A stretch of 64,000 nt of DNA from Planctomycetota bacterium (GCA_965223845.1 CBDCXR010000004.1:7072001-7136000); one strand, 5' to 3'. Counted from the first letter of the stretch, positions 1 to 10,407 are shown. Translations and numbers: made by a program. The notes: a model not told the origin generated them from the sequence alone.

Positions 1-1166
1 AATCGTCCGGATTCATCTGCGGACGCAATCAGCTCGCACGCCGGTCTAAGGTCGCGGTCGTTCTCCGGTCGCAGTCGAACCTCGCAGAGAAGCGCCGGCT
101 TTCCGGCCTCCTCGACGACCCGCCCGCTGATCGTGCCCGACTCATCCGGGAGCGAGATGAGCAGCGGCTCTTCCGGGTCGCCCGGCCGGATGTGTCTCGC
201 GCGCGAGAATCCGCGGTCCCGCGTCACGGCGACAACCGAGTACGTCCCGCGCGCGAGTCGAGAAAACTCGACGTCTCCCTGCGTCGTCGTTTGCAGAGTG
301 CGACTCGAATCGGAGCCCTCCCCTTCCGGATGGATCGAGACGCGCGCGCCGCGGACGGGTTCGCCGCGCGCATCGACGACGCGCACCCGGAGAGTCTCGC
401 CGCGATCGAGAGTGAGCTCGATCTCGCCGCGCTCGGCGTCGGCACGGCTGAGCATCGCCGTTCCATCGCGGAATCCCTCCATCGAGACCCGCAGACGAGA
501 GCTCCACTCGCCGTCTCCAGCGGGAAGGAAGCCGCTGAGTCGAAGCGTGCCGTCCGCGCCGGCGCGGCCCGATCGGCGGGCAGCGATCCCGTGCGTCCGA
601 CCCTCGAGCCGGATGCGAGCGCCCGGGACGGGGGTGCCGTTCTCGTCGAGAACGCGGACGAGGAACCCCGGATCTCGCGGAAGCTCGATTGCGAGGGGCT
701 CGCGCGGGATCGCGATCTCCGTTCGCGCGAGACGAAAGGACGGCGCTCCCGCGACGCATCGCCACGTTCCGGGGCGCAGTCCGCGGGCGAGAAAGCGGCC
801 GTCGGCATCGGTTCGAGTCTGCGCGTTTTCGGGCCCCGCGCCGTCGAGCCGACTGAGGCGCACGGTCGCGCCGGCGATCGGATCGCCGTCTAGAGTCGTG
901 ACGCGGCCGGCGAGATCGGCGCGGTCGCGGGTCTCCCCGGCGGTCGTCGGTGCCGGCGCTTCGTTCTCGGTCCTCGTGGCCTGAGCACCCGCGTTCGCGT
1001 TCGCATCCGGCGTCACGCTCGCCTCGGCGCGCGGTGGTGTCTCCGGTCGTTCGGGCGGATCTCGATCGCCTTCGCTTTTCGAGGGTGCGAGCGCGAGTCT
1101 GAACGTGAGGACGACGAGGAGAGCCGCTACGGCCATCGAGACGGTGCGGATTCTCGTGGTCGCCAT
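1..1166 (-). CDS. Membrane-anchored/secreted protein with repeated carboxypeptidase-regulatory-like beta-sandwich domains (partial, runs off left edge)
   Basis: Not in the ORF track; I translated both ends by hand. ATG at 1166 gives MATTRIRTVSMAVAALLVVLTFRLAL (hydrophobic N-terminus), then LAGRVTTLDGDPIAGATVRL..TDADGRF, VRVLDENGTPVPGARI, and near the edge ISGRVVEEAGKP..ADESGR in the same frame. Confidence 0.75.
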   Translation of the reverse strand, partial: MATTRIRTVSMAVAALLVVLTFRLALAPSKSEGDRDPPERPETPPRAEASVTPDANANAGAQATRTENEAPAPTTAGETRDRADLAGRVTTLDGDPIAGATVRLSRLDGAGPENAQTRTDADGRFLARGLRPGTWRCVAGAPSFRLARTEIAIPREPLAIELPRDPGFLVRVLDENGTPVPGARIRLEGRTHGIAARRSGRAGADGTLRLSGFLPAGDGEWSSRLRVSMEGFRDGTAMLSRADAERGEIELTLDRGETLRVRVVDARGEPVRGARVSIHPEGEGSDSSRTLQTTTQGDVEFSRLARGTYSVVAVTRDRGFSRARHIRPGDPEEPLLISLPDESGTISGRVVEEAGKPALLCEVRLRPENDRDLRPACELIASADESGR

Positions 1167-1207
1167 GGCGGACTCCGGAAGTGGTTGAGCGATTCCTGCC
1201 CGCGGCG

Positions 1208-2485
1208 CTAGTCGACTCGAAGCACGACCGTGCCGCTCCCGCCTCCCGCGGTGCAGCTCGAGCTTCCGGCTTCGAGCGCGAACGGTCCCTCGAACGACGC
1301 GAGGAGCTGCGCTTCGTTCGCGACGTTGAAGAATCGCACGTTCGATTCGCTCGCCGCGATGACGCCCGGAACATCGTAAGAGTAGTAGCCTACGACATAC
1401 TCGATCGCGTCGGGAGGCATCGCGCAGAGGCAGTCGAGGCCGGACCCGATCGGCTCCGGGTAAAAATCGATCGGCACGCCTGCGTTGACGACCGAGAAGA
1501 TCTCGTGGCTCGACTGATTGAGCGGAAGCGGCGCGAAGAACGTGTCGTCACCGATCACGTGATCCGCGCAAAAGCGCACGCCGTCGCCGGGTGCGATGCC
1601 GTCGGTCGGCCAGATCCCACCGATGATCTCGCCCATTTCGATGTCGAATCCGTCGTCGTCCTGCCCGGCGACCGGCGGAATGTTCTCGAAATCGAGCGCG
1701 AAGCCGGCTTCGGTCTCGAAGCTTCCCACACTGAGAGCGGGGACGACGAGGACCGATTCGTCGCCGCCGTCGAGAAAGATCGCAACGTCGGTGACGAGGT
1801 TGTTCTCGATCTCGACGAGGACGAGATCCCCAGTTCCGGGGGCGGGATCGCTCGAGCAACTGTCGGCCGTGCGCGTCGCGATTCCCGCGGTGATCTGGTA
1901 GTCGCCGACGAGGGCGTTGCCGCAGTTTCCGATGAGGCCGACGATCCCTTGTCCGATCCGAAAATCGGAGAAGCTGCCATCCGCTTCCAGAGTTCCCGAG
2001 TAGACGTTTACGAGATGGAGCTCACACGTGTCTCCATTCGCGAGAAGCTGGACCGACTTGAACGCGGTGTAGACCGTGAACTCGTCCCCGCTCCCTTCGA
2101 TGAACGATCGAGCGCCGCCGTCGACCGCGGTCGCTTCGATCACTTCGACGTCGAGCGATGCCCCCGCCGCCGTGCCGAGGCAGAACTGAGCGATGGCGTC
2201 GTCGCCGATTAGATTCTGCGGGCCGACGTTGGCGATGATCGTTCCGTCGGCGTCGTACCTCCCGGCGACATCCGGCGGCGAGCCTCCGGCGTTGCGGCCG
2301 GTGCGATCGAGGAGAACCTGAACCACCTCGTTATCCAAATAGTCGGCGATCGATTGCAGGTCGGCGACGACGATTCCTGGTTCGATAACGAGGACCACGT
2401 CGTCGTCGTGGTCGTGACAGGCGCTCGTCGCCAGACTGAACGCCGCCAGCGCCGAGAGAGCCCATGCTCGCGATTTCAGTGACAT
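1208..2485 (-). CDS. Acidic, Cys-containing lipoprotein of unknown function
   Basis: MSLKSRAWALSALAAFSLATSAC is a signal peptide with lipobox-like TSAC; start trimmed to ATG 2485; GC3-biased codons. Confidence 0.75.
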   Translation of the reverse strand: MSLKSRAWALSALAAFSLATSACHDHDDDVVLVIEPGIVVADLQSIADYLDNEVVQVLLDRTGRNAGGSPPDVAGRYDADGTIIANVGPQNLIGDDAIAQFCLGTAAGASLDVEVIEATAVDGGARSFIEGSGDEFTVYTAFKSVQLLANGDTCELHLVNVYSGTLEADGSFSDFRIGQGIVGLIGNCGNALVGDYQITAGIATRTADSCSSDPAPGTGDLVLVEIENNLVTDVAIFLDGGDESVLVVPALSVGSFETEAGFALDFENIPPVAGQDDDGFDIEMGEIIGGIWPTDGIAPGDGVRFCADHVIGDDTFFAPLPLNQSSHEIFSVVNAGVPIDFYPEPIGSGLDCLCAMPPDAIEYVVGYYSYDVPGVIAASESNVRFFNVANEAQLLASFEGPFALEAGSSSCTAGGGSGTVVLRVD

Positions 2486-2696
2486 CGCCTTTTTCCCTCT
2501 TGGTCCGGCTTGGCTGAGTGTTCGCGACTCGGACCGTAGGACGTCCGGATGACCATCGCTCTTCAATCATAATCCATCGTGTCGTTTGGCCCCTGGACGG
2601 TTCGCGAAGCGTTCGGCGAACGCCGCCTCTGTTCGCTGCGCCGACCGCCATCGCCCGGAGTAGAATCCGGTCCCGATTTCGCGATAGAGTTCCATC

Positions 2697-3758
2697 ATGA
2701 GCTCTAGCGACCGGCCCAATTCTTCCCGCTCCGAGGCGACTCTGCGGGAAGTGCACTTATTCATGCGATTCGCCCGCGAGTGGGAGCTGCGTTTCGAAAA
2801 GCTCCTGCGAACGGGGTCGATCTCGAAGTGGTACAGTGCCGTCGGGAACGAAGCGCTGACGGTTTCTGCGGCGCAGGCGATCGAGCGGGGAGACGCACTC
2901 CTCAGCTTGCATCGCGATTCCGGAGCGATCCTCCGCTACTACCTGGAGCCCGCGGACGTTCTTCCCGGGGAGTTTTCGTCCCCACCTGCGAGCGGGCGAC
3001 GCGGACTCCGCGCCGATGGCCGCGCGCTTCTCGATCGGCTCGCGAGCCAGGTGCTCGGAAGGGCGGACGGATTTACGGGCGGATTCGATCGGTCCTATCA
3101 CTACAACTACTGCGACGACGAAGCCGGAGCCGTTCACGTCGGAATGATCAGCCACCTCGGCGCGATGCTCCCGGTTGCGACCGGAATCGCTCTCGCTCTC
3201 GAGCGCGCAGCGAACCATCGCGTCGCGCTCGCGTTCATCGGCGACGGGGGAACGTCGACGGGCGATTTCCACGAGGCGCTCAATCTAGCGGCGGTGATGC
3301 GATTGCCACTCATCGTCGTGATCGAGAATAACGGCTACGCGTTCTCGACCGCGACGTCGGAGCAGTACGCGTGTGCGTCGCTCGCGCTTCGAGGTGCCGG
3401 CTACGGAGTTCCCGGAGTGGAAGTCGACGGTGGGAATGTGCGCGATGTTCTCGCGGCGGTAGCGGACGCCGTCGGGCGCGCACGCGCGGGCGAGGGACCG
3501 ACTCTCATCGAGGCGCGAGTCGGGCGGATGAGGGGGCATTCGGAAGGGGATGACTCCGCGAAGTTTGTCGTCGACGACGGTGTTGTCGATCCGCTCGAGA
3601 GCTTCGAGCGCGAGCTCGTCGAGCGCGGAGCGGCGCGAGAGGACGATCTCCTACGACTGGCCGAGCACTGCGCGAGCTGTGTTCTGGACGTGGTGGATCG
3701 TGCGCTCGCGCGGCCCAGTCCGAATCCCGGCGCGGAGCGGCCGATCTATGCCGAGTGA
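2697..3758 (+). CDS. TPP-dependent 2-oxoacid dehydrogenase E1 alpha subunit
   Basis: TPP motif GDGGTSTGDFHEALN...IENNGY and RMRGHSEGD loop. Confidence 0.9.
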   Translation: MSSSDRPNSSRSEATLREVHLFMRFAREWELRFEKLLRTGSISKWYSAVGNEALTVSAAQAIERGDALLSLHRDSGAILRYYLEPADVLPGEFSSPPASGRRGLRADGRALLDRLASQVLGRADGFTGGFDRSYHYNYCDDEAGAVHVGMISHLGAMLPVATGIALALERAANHRVALAFIGDGGTSTGDFHEALNLAAVMRLPLIVVIENNGYAFSTATSEQYACASLALRGAGYGVPGVEVDGGNVRDVLAAVADAVGRARAGEGPTLIEARVGRMRGHSEGDDSAKFVVDDGVVDPLESFERELVERGAAREDDLLRLAEHCASCVLDVVDRALARPSPNPGAERPIYAE

Positions 3759-4743
3759 ACCTCAAGAGCTGTCGTTTCTCGAGGCGATCTCCGCGGCGCT
3801 GCGCGACGCGATGCGAACGGACCCGAGCGTGGTTCTCCTCGGGCAGGACATCGCGGAGTACGGCGGCGCGTTCAAGGTGACGCGCGGGTTCATCGAGGAG
3901 TTTGGTCGCGAACGAGTCATCAACACTCCAATCGCCGAGTCGGGCATGATCGGCGCTGCGATCGGTGCGGCCGTCCTCGGTCTCCGTCCCGTCGTCGAGA
4001 TGCAGTTTTCGGACTTCGTGACCTGCGGCTTCAACCAAGTCGTGAATGTCGCCGCCAAGATGTACTGGCGAACGGGAACTCGCGTTCCGCTCGTCCTTCG
4101 CTGCCCCGTGGGGGCCGGTGCCGGCGCCGGGCCGTTTCACTCGCAGAGCATGGAGGCGTGGTTCACTCACGTCCCGGGTCTCAAGGTCGTCTATCCGAGT
4201 GAGGTGGCCGACGCGTACGGGCTTCTTCGCGCCGCGATCGCCGATCCGAATCCCGTCGTTTTTTTTGAGCACAAACACCTCTACCGGCGGCTGAAGGCCC
4301 CGCGCGAGGAACTCGACGGTGAACCGAAAGCGCGTGTTGAGCCCACGGCGAGATTTCGTCTCGAGGGCGAGGACGCCGTCGTCATCACCTACGGCCGCTG
4401 CGTCCACCTCGCGCTCGAGGCCGCGCAGCGCCTCGGCGGCGATGGGCATCGCGTCGGAGTGCTCGACGTCTCTACTCTTGCACCGCTGGCGTCGGATGTC
4501 GTCCTCGAGGGGGTGAAGCGCGCGAATCGCGTGCTCGTCGTCCACGAGGCGACCCTCACCGGTGGATTCGGGGGAGAGATCGTTGCGCGCATCGCGGCCG
4601 AGGCGTTCGAATACCTCGACGCTCCGGTGCGCCGCTTGGCGTTCCCCGATTCGCCCGTACCGTTTCACAGGTCGCTCGAGGAACACGCGCTGCCGCGTGC
4701 CGAGACGATCACCGAGGCGCTGCGAGATCTGCTCGAGTGGTGA
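3748..4743 (+). CDS. 2-oxoacid dehydrogenase E1 beta subunit
   Basis: [40 protein letters not shown] motifs; ATG 3748 overlaps the end of the alpha gene. Confidence 0.92.
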   Translation: MPSEPQELSFLEAISAALRDAMRTDPSVVLLGQDIAEYGGAFKVTRGFIEEFGRERVINTPIAESGMIGAAIGAAVLGLRPVVEMQFSDFVTCGFNQVVNVAAKMYWRTGTRVPLVLRCPVGAGAGAGPFHSQSMEAWFTHVPGLKVVYPSEVADAYGLLRAAIADPNPVVFFEHKHLYRRLKAPREELDGEPKARVEPTARFRLEGEDAVVITYGRCVHLALEAAQRLGGDGHRVGVLDVSTLAPLASDVVLEGVKRANRVLVVHEATLTGGFGGEIVARIAAEAFEYLDAPVRRLAFPDSPVPFHRSLEEHALPRAETITEALRDLLEW

Positions 4744-4789
4744 ACGTCACCGCCGGCGATCTCGCTCTCAGCGGATGGAAAGGATCTCC

Positions 4790-6850
4790 GTGTCGAACCC
4801 CGATCGCCGTGCGAATCGTCTTCAAAACGAAACCAGCCCGTACCTCCTTCAGCACGCGTACAATCCGGTCGACTGGTATCCCTGGGGTGACGAAGCCCTA
4901 GCGAAAGCGCGGGAACTCAATCGCCCGATCTTTCTCTCGGTGGGGTACTCGTCGTGTCACTGGTGCCACGTGATGGAGCGCGAGTCGTTCGAGGACGAGC
5001 GAACGGCTCAGCTCATGAACGACCAGTTCATCAATATCAAGGTCGACCGCGAGGAGCGCCCGGACGTCGACGCGCTCTACATGAGCGCAGTGCAGCTTCT
5101 CACCGGGTCGGGCGGCTGGCCGATGAGCGTGTTTCTCACCCCCGATCTCCGCCCGTTCTATGGGGGAACGTATTTTCCCCCGGTGAACGCGCACGGCCGG
5201 CCGAGCTTCGCGCAGGTGCTCACGACCCTCGCGCAGTTCTATCGCGATACTCCCGAGCGCATCGAAGAATCCGCCGCGACGATCACGGAGAAGCTCCGCA
5301 GCATGGAAGCGCCTCCCCTAGCGGGTGAGCTTCCCGCCGCGGATGCGGTCGACGGATTCGTCCGCTACACTCGCCGCAGCTTCGACGAGGAATTCGGCGG
5401 CTTCGGCGGCGCGCCGAAGTTCCCTCGATCGGTCGACCTCTCCGTTCTCCTTCGCGTGCACGTCCGCTCGAACGACGAGACGGCGCGCGCCCACTGTGAG
5501 ACGACGCTCGACTGCATGGCGCGCGGAGGGATGTACGACCAAGTCGGCGGCGGATTCCATCGCTATTCGGTCGACCGGTACTGGCTCGTTCCGCACTTCG
5601 AGAAGATGCTCTACGACAATGCACTGCTCGCGCGGACGTATCTCGAAGCGTATCAACTCACGAAGAAGCCGCTCTACGAGCGCATCGCGCGTGAGGTTCT
5701 CGACTACGTAGCGCGAGAGATGACGAGTCCTGAGGGCGGATTTTACTCGGCGACGGACGCCGACAGCGAAGGCGAGGAAGGCAAGTACTTCGTGTGGACG
5801 CCGGACGAAGTCGCGGAGGTCGTCGGCGAGGCGGAGGCGAGGGCGTTCTGCGCCTACTACGGCGTAACTCCGAGCGGAAACTTCGAGCACGGTACCAGTA
5901 TTCCGCACGTTGCGAAATCTCTCGATGAAACGGCGACAGCTCTCAACATGGAGGTGAGCGAGCTCGAAACGGCGCTCACCTCGGCGCGAACGAAGCTCTA
6001 CGCGAAACGGACCGAACGTGTTCCGCCGCTCCGAGATGACAAAGTCATCACCGCGTGGAACGCGCTGATGCTGTCCTCGTTCGCGCGGGCCGGTGCAGTC
6101 CTGGGCGAGTCGAAGTACATCGACGCCGCGACCACGGCGATGGCGTTTCTCCGCGAGAGGATGTGGCGAGACGGCGAGCTCTACCGCACGTACAAGGACG
6201 AACGGTGGGGCGCGCGTGCATTCCTCGACGACTACGCGTACGCGATCGAGGCGGCGATCGACGTCTACGAATCGACGTTCGATCGAGGCGCGCTCGCGTG
6301 GGCGCTCGAGCTGACCGAGGTCCTCGAGTCGTCATTCCTCGATCCTGCCGGCGGCGGGTACTTCTACACCGGGGACGACTACGAGGAGCTCCTCTGTCGG
6401 AAGCGGGACTACCTCGACAACGCGACGCCGGCGGGAAACGGCGTGATGGCGCTGAGTCTTCTCCGGCTCGAGCTCCTGACCGGAGAGACGCGCTTTCGCG
6501 CGCGCGCGGCCGAGATCTTGGCGGGCGCGGCACAGTACGTCGAGAAGGCGCCGATGGCGTGCGGCTACCTGTTCCTAGCTCTCGATTTCTTTCACGGCTC
6601 GCCGGTCGAGATCGCGGTGATCGGCGAACGCGCGATCGCGCGTCCGCTTCTCGAGGCTCTCCACTGCGAGTTCATTCCGGCGAGGGTGATCGCGGGGCGC
6701 GAATCCTCGCCACCCGACGGAAACGAGCTACCGCTCCTCGAAGGTCGAGGCGTTGAGGAGGGCGAGGCGACTGCTTTCGTCTGCAGGAATCGAGCCTGTC
6801 GTGAGCCGACCGGAGATCCGGCGCGGCTGCGTGTGCTCTTGCGCGAATGA
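4790..6850 (+). CDS. YyaL/SSP411 (DUF255) thioredoxin-like plus six-hairpin domain protein
   Basis: [52 protein letters not shown]; GTG 4790 follows GAAAGGA (ATG 4775 is an alternative start). Confidence 0.92.
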   Translation: MSNPDRRANRLQNETSPYLLQHAYNPVDWYPWGDEALAKARELNRPIFLSVGYSSCHWCHVMERESFEDERTAQLMNDQFINIKVDREERPDVDALYMSAVQLLTGSGGWPMSVFLTPDLRPFYGGTYFPPVNAHGRPSFAQVLTTLAQFYRDTPERIEESAATITEKLRSMEAPPLAGELPAADAVDGFVRYTRRSFDEEFGGFGGAPKFPRSVDLSVLLRVHVRSNDETARAHCETTLDCMARGGMYDQVGGGFHRYSVDRYWLVPHFEKMLYDNALLARTYLEAYQLTKKPLYERIAREVLDYVAREMTSPEGGFYSATDADSEGEEGKYFVWTPDEVAEVVGEAEARAFCAYYGVTPSGNFEHGTSIPHVAKSLDETATALNMEVSELETALTSARTKLYAKRTERVPPLRDDKVITAWNALMLSSFARAGAVLGESKYIDAATTAMAFLRERMWRDGELYRTYKDERWGARAFLDDYAYAIEAAIDVYESTFDRGALAWALELTEVLESSFLDPAGGGYFYTGDDYEELLCRKRDYLDNATPAGNGVMALSLLRLELLTGETRFRARAAEILAGAAQYVEKAPMACGYLFLALDFFHGSPVEIAVIGERAIARPLLEALHCEFIPARVIAGRESSPPDGNELPLLEGRGVEEGEATAFVCRNRACREPTGDPARLRVLLRE

Positions 6851-6982
6851 GGGGGAAACCTCGAGGAATCCGACCGATTCGCCAGTTCGGTTCCGGGATG
6901 GTAGTGTTTTTTCGGAAGACGGTTGCGCGGCGCTCGGGTCTCTGTCCCGGCGCCGCGGCACGAACCATCGCGAGACCGAGCC

Positions 6983-7240
6983 ATGAGCATCGACCCAACA
7001 GACTCTTGTCCCGATTTCTCCGCCCCCCGTCCGGGGGACCGATCGATCGAAGAGCGCGTCGCGCGCAAGCTGGCGAACCTTAGCCACGCTCTCGGAGAGA
7101 TCGAGGACTGGCTCGACGAGTCCGAGCGAAAGAGCGACGAGCTGCTCGGCGCGACGGGCGTGGGACTGCGGGTGTCGCCCGAGACCATCGACTTCTTCCA
7201 CGCGGTCGCGCGGTTTCGACCGGGGCTCGCACGTTCGTAG
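6983..7240 (+). CDS. Small helical hypothetical protein (85 aa)
   Basis: Amphipathic helix IEERVARKLANLSHALGEIEDWLDE; coding-like GC3 bias; fills the gap between two genes. Confidence 0.55.
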   Translation: MSIDPTDSCPDFSAPRPGDRSIEERVARKLANLSHALGEIEDWLDESERKSDELLGATGVGLRVSPETIDFFHAVARFRPGLARS

Positions 7241-7587
7241 GTCGGACTCGGGCGCGAACTTGGCGGCTGTCGCGGTCGCGAGTCGGCGCGCGGATCCCTC
7301 CCGCGACTCAGCGTCTTCACCGCTGCGTGTGACCTCAAGGCTCGCTAGGAATCCGCGCGGGGCGAGGGCGCGAGGTCGATGCGGACGAGCCGGGAGCCGA
7401 GGCGATGCCGGAGAGCACCGCCCGGCGATCGCGGGGATCGCGTCGGCGAGCCTCGCGCCGCCGGCGGCTCCGCCGTTGACGTTCCGGACCCTCTCGGAAC
7501 CGCGTCGGGGGGGCGGGCGTCCCGAACGTCGAGGAAACGTCGAGATTCGGGCCCGCCGGATCGCTGAGGCACCGCCGGACTCGAGGT

Positions 7588-7593
7588 TACAAT
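7588..7593 (+). promoter_or_regulatory. Putative -10 box (TACAAT) positioned for leaderless transcription of the kinase gene
   Basis: TACAAT ends 7 nt before ATG 7600; the GAGGT present abuts the ATG with no SD spacing. Confidence 0.4.
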
Positions 7594-7599
7594 CGAGGT

Positions 7600-10383
7600 A
7601 TGGCGCAGCTCGTTTGGAAACAGTCAGGCGGCGAGTCGAAGACCTTCGCGCTCAGCGATTCGACCGTGCTCGGCCGAGGCTCGACCGCCGATTTCGCATT
7701 GCCCGATTCGAGCGTGTCGCGGCAGCACGCACGCATCGAGCAGCGCGAGAGCGACTACTTCATCCTCGATCTCGGTAGCCGCAACGGGACGCGCGTCAAC
7801 GGTGGATTGATCGCGTGCGAGACGCGCCTTAGCACCGGGGACCGGATCGATCTCGGAGATCTATCGCTCGAATTCGTCCTCGGACCCGGGACGGACTCGT
7901 TGACACGTGGTTCTCTCGGCACGGAGCCGCTCAGCGGGCTCGTCGCGGCGTCGCTCAAAGAGCGCGAGAAAGACGAGAAACCAGCGAGTTCCGAGCGGCG
8001 GGAGTCGCTTCCGCGCCGCCTCGGCAAGTTCTATCTTCTCGAGCGACTCGGGCAGGGCGGTATGGGGACGGTGTACCGCGCGATCGATCTCGACTCGAAT
8101 CAGCAGGTCGCGGTCAAGTTCATCCGAACGAACATCGGACGACGCGAAGCTTTTCTCGACTTCTTTCACAATCGGGAAGCCGTGCTCGCTCGTGAGATCA
8201 ACCATCCGAACGTCATCCAGATCTACGAGTACGGCGTCGACGGGCCGCGCCACTTCATCGCGATGGAGTACGTCTCGGGTGAGAACCTGTTTCACGCCCT
8301 CCGCCGTGGACCGTTCCAGCCGCTCGAAGTCGTCGAGGTCCTTCGCCAAATCGCCTGCGGACTCGCTGCCGCGCATCGCCAAGGAGTCGTTCACAGCGAC
8401 ATCAAGCCGGCGAATGTTCTTCTCGCGATCGGAGAGGCCGCGCCGGACGGCGAGGTGGGGAAGTTCGAAGATGTTCGCTACGAGCGGGTGGAGGAGGCGG
8501 ACGGTCTCCTCGAGTTCGGCGACTCGGAAAAGTCGGCGACTGCCGCGCCTCTCAGTCAACGCTACGACGCGGGTGTCCTCGAGGAGGTCCGCCGCCGGCT
8601 CGGCGGCGTCGACGGCGAGACGTTCGTCGATCCGCCGTATTTCGAGCGGCGCGCGGAGGCGCAGTTCCTCGAGCACTATCTCGAGCGGTCGGCTGAAGGG
8701 AGAGGGTACATCCTCGTCGTCGGCGGCGACGCCGGCAGCGGCAAGGATCGACTCGTCAGTCACGTCCTCGAGAAGCTCGAGACCGCGAGCGAGCGGGAGG
8801 ACGGCGCACCGATTCACTACGAGCTCGACTGCTCTCGCGTCGAAGGGCTGCCACGATTGTTCGAGCAGGTCTTCGGGACGGCTCCGCGCGCGTCCGACGG
8901 GGCGAAGGACGTGGCGCGCGCGATGGCGGAATCACTCGTCGATCACTTCAGCTCCGTGCGCACTCACGTCGTCCTCCGCCTCCTCGATCTCGGTGGCGCG
9001 TCTCCCTTCGTCGTCGAGTTCATTCGCCAACTCGCGATCGCGGCGGCGAATCTTCCCGTGACGACCATCGGTACGGTGAATCCAGAGGAGATCCGTACGA
9101 ACGGAAGTCTGAAGCCGATTCTCGACGGGCTGGGCGTCACCGCGAAGGAACTCTACCTGCGCCCTCTCACCGAATATCAGATCCAGCGCTATCTTCACCA
9201 GACGTTTCGGAACGCGCTCCCCGACGACCGACTCGCCGCGGACCTCTACCGGCTGAGCGGGGGAAACTTCTCCCGCCTCCTCGATCTCGTGCGCAGCTTC
9301 TTCGACCGCGGCGTGCTCCGCCTCGATCCGCGCTCCGGTCGACTCAGCTATCGACCGAGAGCACAAGAGTTCGAGCTCGAGGAGGGAAAGAATCTCTACG
9401 AGAAGTACCGAGCTCTCGGGCGCGTCGAGCAGCGCGTCCTCGAACACGCCGCGTTCATCGGACCGCGATTCTTGTTCGAAACGCTCCACCGCTTCGACAA
9501 GGTCGACGAGACCGCGCTCTTTTTCATCGTGCGGACGCTCCTCGCCGAGGGTTTCTTCGTCGAGGAAAGCCGCGACTGGTACGGTTTCACGAATCTCGCG
9601 TTTCAATCGTATATGGCGGACAAGGTCCCGAAGTCCGAACGTCCGCACTTCCATCGCACCGTGTCTCGTCTGCTGCAATCGGTCGCCCTCGCGGATTCAC
9701 CCGAGCTCGCGCAGCTCCGCGCGCGGCATTTCGAGGGCTGCCGCGAGGAGCCCCGTGCCGTGCAGGCACTCCTCGAAGGAGCCCACCTCGCCCGGACCCA
9801 GTACAAGCTCGAACTCTACCGCGCGATGATCCAGGACGTCCTCCGCATCTACCGCGGGCTGGCGAATCTGGAGAGCCGGCGAAAGGGCGTTGTCGCGGCG
9901 CTTCGCGCTTGGTTCAAGCGCGACGGGAATTGGTATGAGGTGCTCGGTGAGCTCGCGAGCCAGCCGGTCGTCGCGCGCGCGAAAATCGCCGACTTCGGGA
10001 TTTCGTTTCGCGTGCGCGATGAGGCGAAGGGGTTTCACGTCGACCGTCGTCCGGTGCTCGGGACTCCGCGGTACCTCGCGCCGGAGCGCGCGAGGGGCGA
10101 CGCGGGTGGACCGAAGGCCGACATCTTCTCGCTCGGCATCATCGCGTACGAAATGGTCACCGGGAATCCGCCGTTTCCGAATCTCAAGGGGCGCGAAGCC
10201 ATCCAGGCGAACGCGACGCGGAAGATCGTCTGTCCCGAGGAGCAGCTCGCGCCCTATCCACCCGCGATGAGGGACTTGCTCGCAGGCATGGTCGAGCGGG
10301 ATCCCGAGCGGCGCTGGGACGCGGAGCGCGTTCTCCGCGCGATCACCGAGATCGAGTGCGACTTTCAGCGACGCCCGCGCTGA
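7600..10383 (+). CDS. FHA-domain Ser/Thr kinase with catalytic domain split by a STAND/AAA-like insert
   Basis: FHA (LGRG..SVSRQHA..DLGSRNGT); kinase LGQGGMGTVY, VAVK, HSDIKPANVLL; insert containing GGDAGSGKD; then AKIADFG, GTPRYLAPE, DIFSLG. Confidence 0.9.
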   Translation: MAQLVWKQSGGESKTFALSDSTVLGRGSTADFALPDSSVSRQHARIEQRESDYFILDLGSRNGTRVNGGLIACETRLSTGDRIDLGDLSLEFVLGPGTDSLTRGSLGTEPLSGLVAASLKEREKDEKPASSERRESLPRRLGKFYLLERLGQGGMGTVYRAIDLDSNQQVAVKFIRTNIGRREAFLDFFHNREAVLAREINHPNVIQIYEYGVDGPRHFIAMEYVSGENLFHALRRGPFQPLEVVEVLRQIACGLAAAHRQGVVHSDIKPANVLLAIGEAAPDGEVGKFEDVRYERVEEADGLLEFGDSEKSATAAPLSQRYDAGVLEEVRRRLGGVDGETFVDPPYFERRAEAQFLEHYLERSAEGRGYILVVGGDAGSGKDRLVSHVLEKLETASEREDGAPIHYELDCSRVEGLPRLFEQVFGTAPRASDGAKDVARAMAESLVDHFSSVRTHVVLRLLDLGGASPFVVEFIRQLAIAAANLPVTTIGTVNPEEIRTNGSLKPILDGLGVTAKELYLRPLTEYQIQRYLHQTFRNALPDDRLAADLYRLSGGNFSRLLDLVRSFFDRGVLRLDPRSGRLSYRPRAQEFELEEGKNLYEKYRALGRVEQRVLEHAAFIGPRFLFETLHRFDKVDETALFFIVRTLLAEGFFVEESRDWYGFTNLAFQSYMADKVPKSERPHFHRTVSRLLQSVALADSPELAQLRARHFEGCREEPRAVQALLEGAHLARTQYKLELYRAMIQDVLRIYRGLANLESRRKGVVAALRAWFKRDGNWYEVLGELASQPVVARAKIADFGISFRVRDEAKGFHVDRRPVLGTPRYLAPERARGDAGGPKADIFSLGIIAYEMVTGNPPFPNLKGREAIQANATRKIVCPEEQLAPYPPAMRDLLAGMVERDPERRWDAERVLRAITEIECDFQRRPR

Positions 10384-10407
10384 TGCCCAGCGGCCGGCGG
10401 CCTCGGG

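Noticed and set aside
133-1374. Listed ORFs 133-984 (+) and 142-1374 (-)
   Set aside because: Arg/Ser-rich shadow frames; the better-supported gene is the minus-strand frame from ATG 1166 that leaves the window.
8425-9975. Intein or mobile element as the cause of the kinase split
   Set aside because: No C/S/T start with HN-[CST] end, no LAGLIDADG or transposase motifs, and no terminal repeats; the insert resembles a STAND NTPase.
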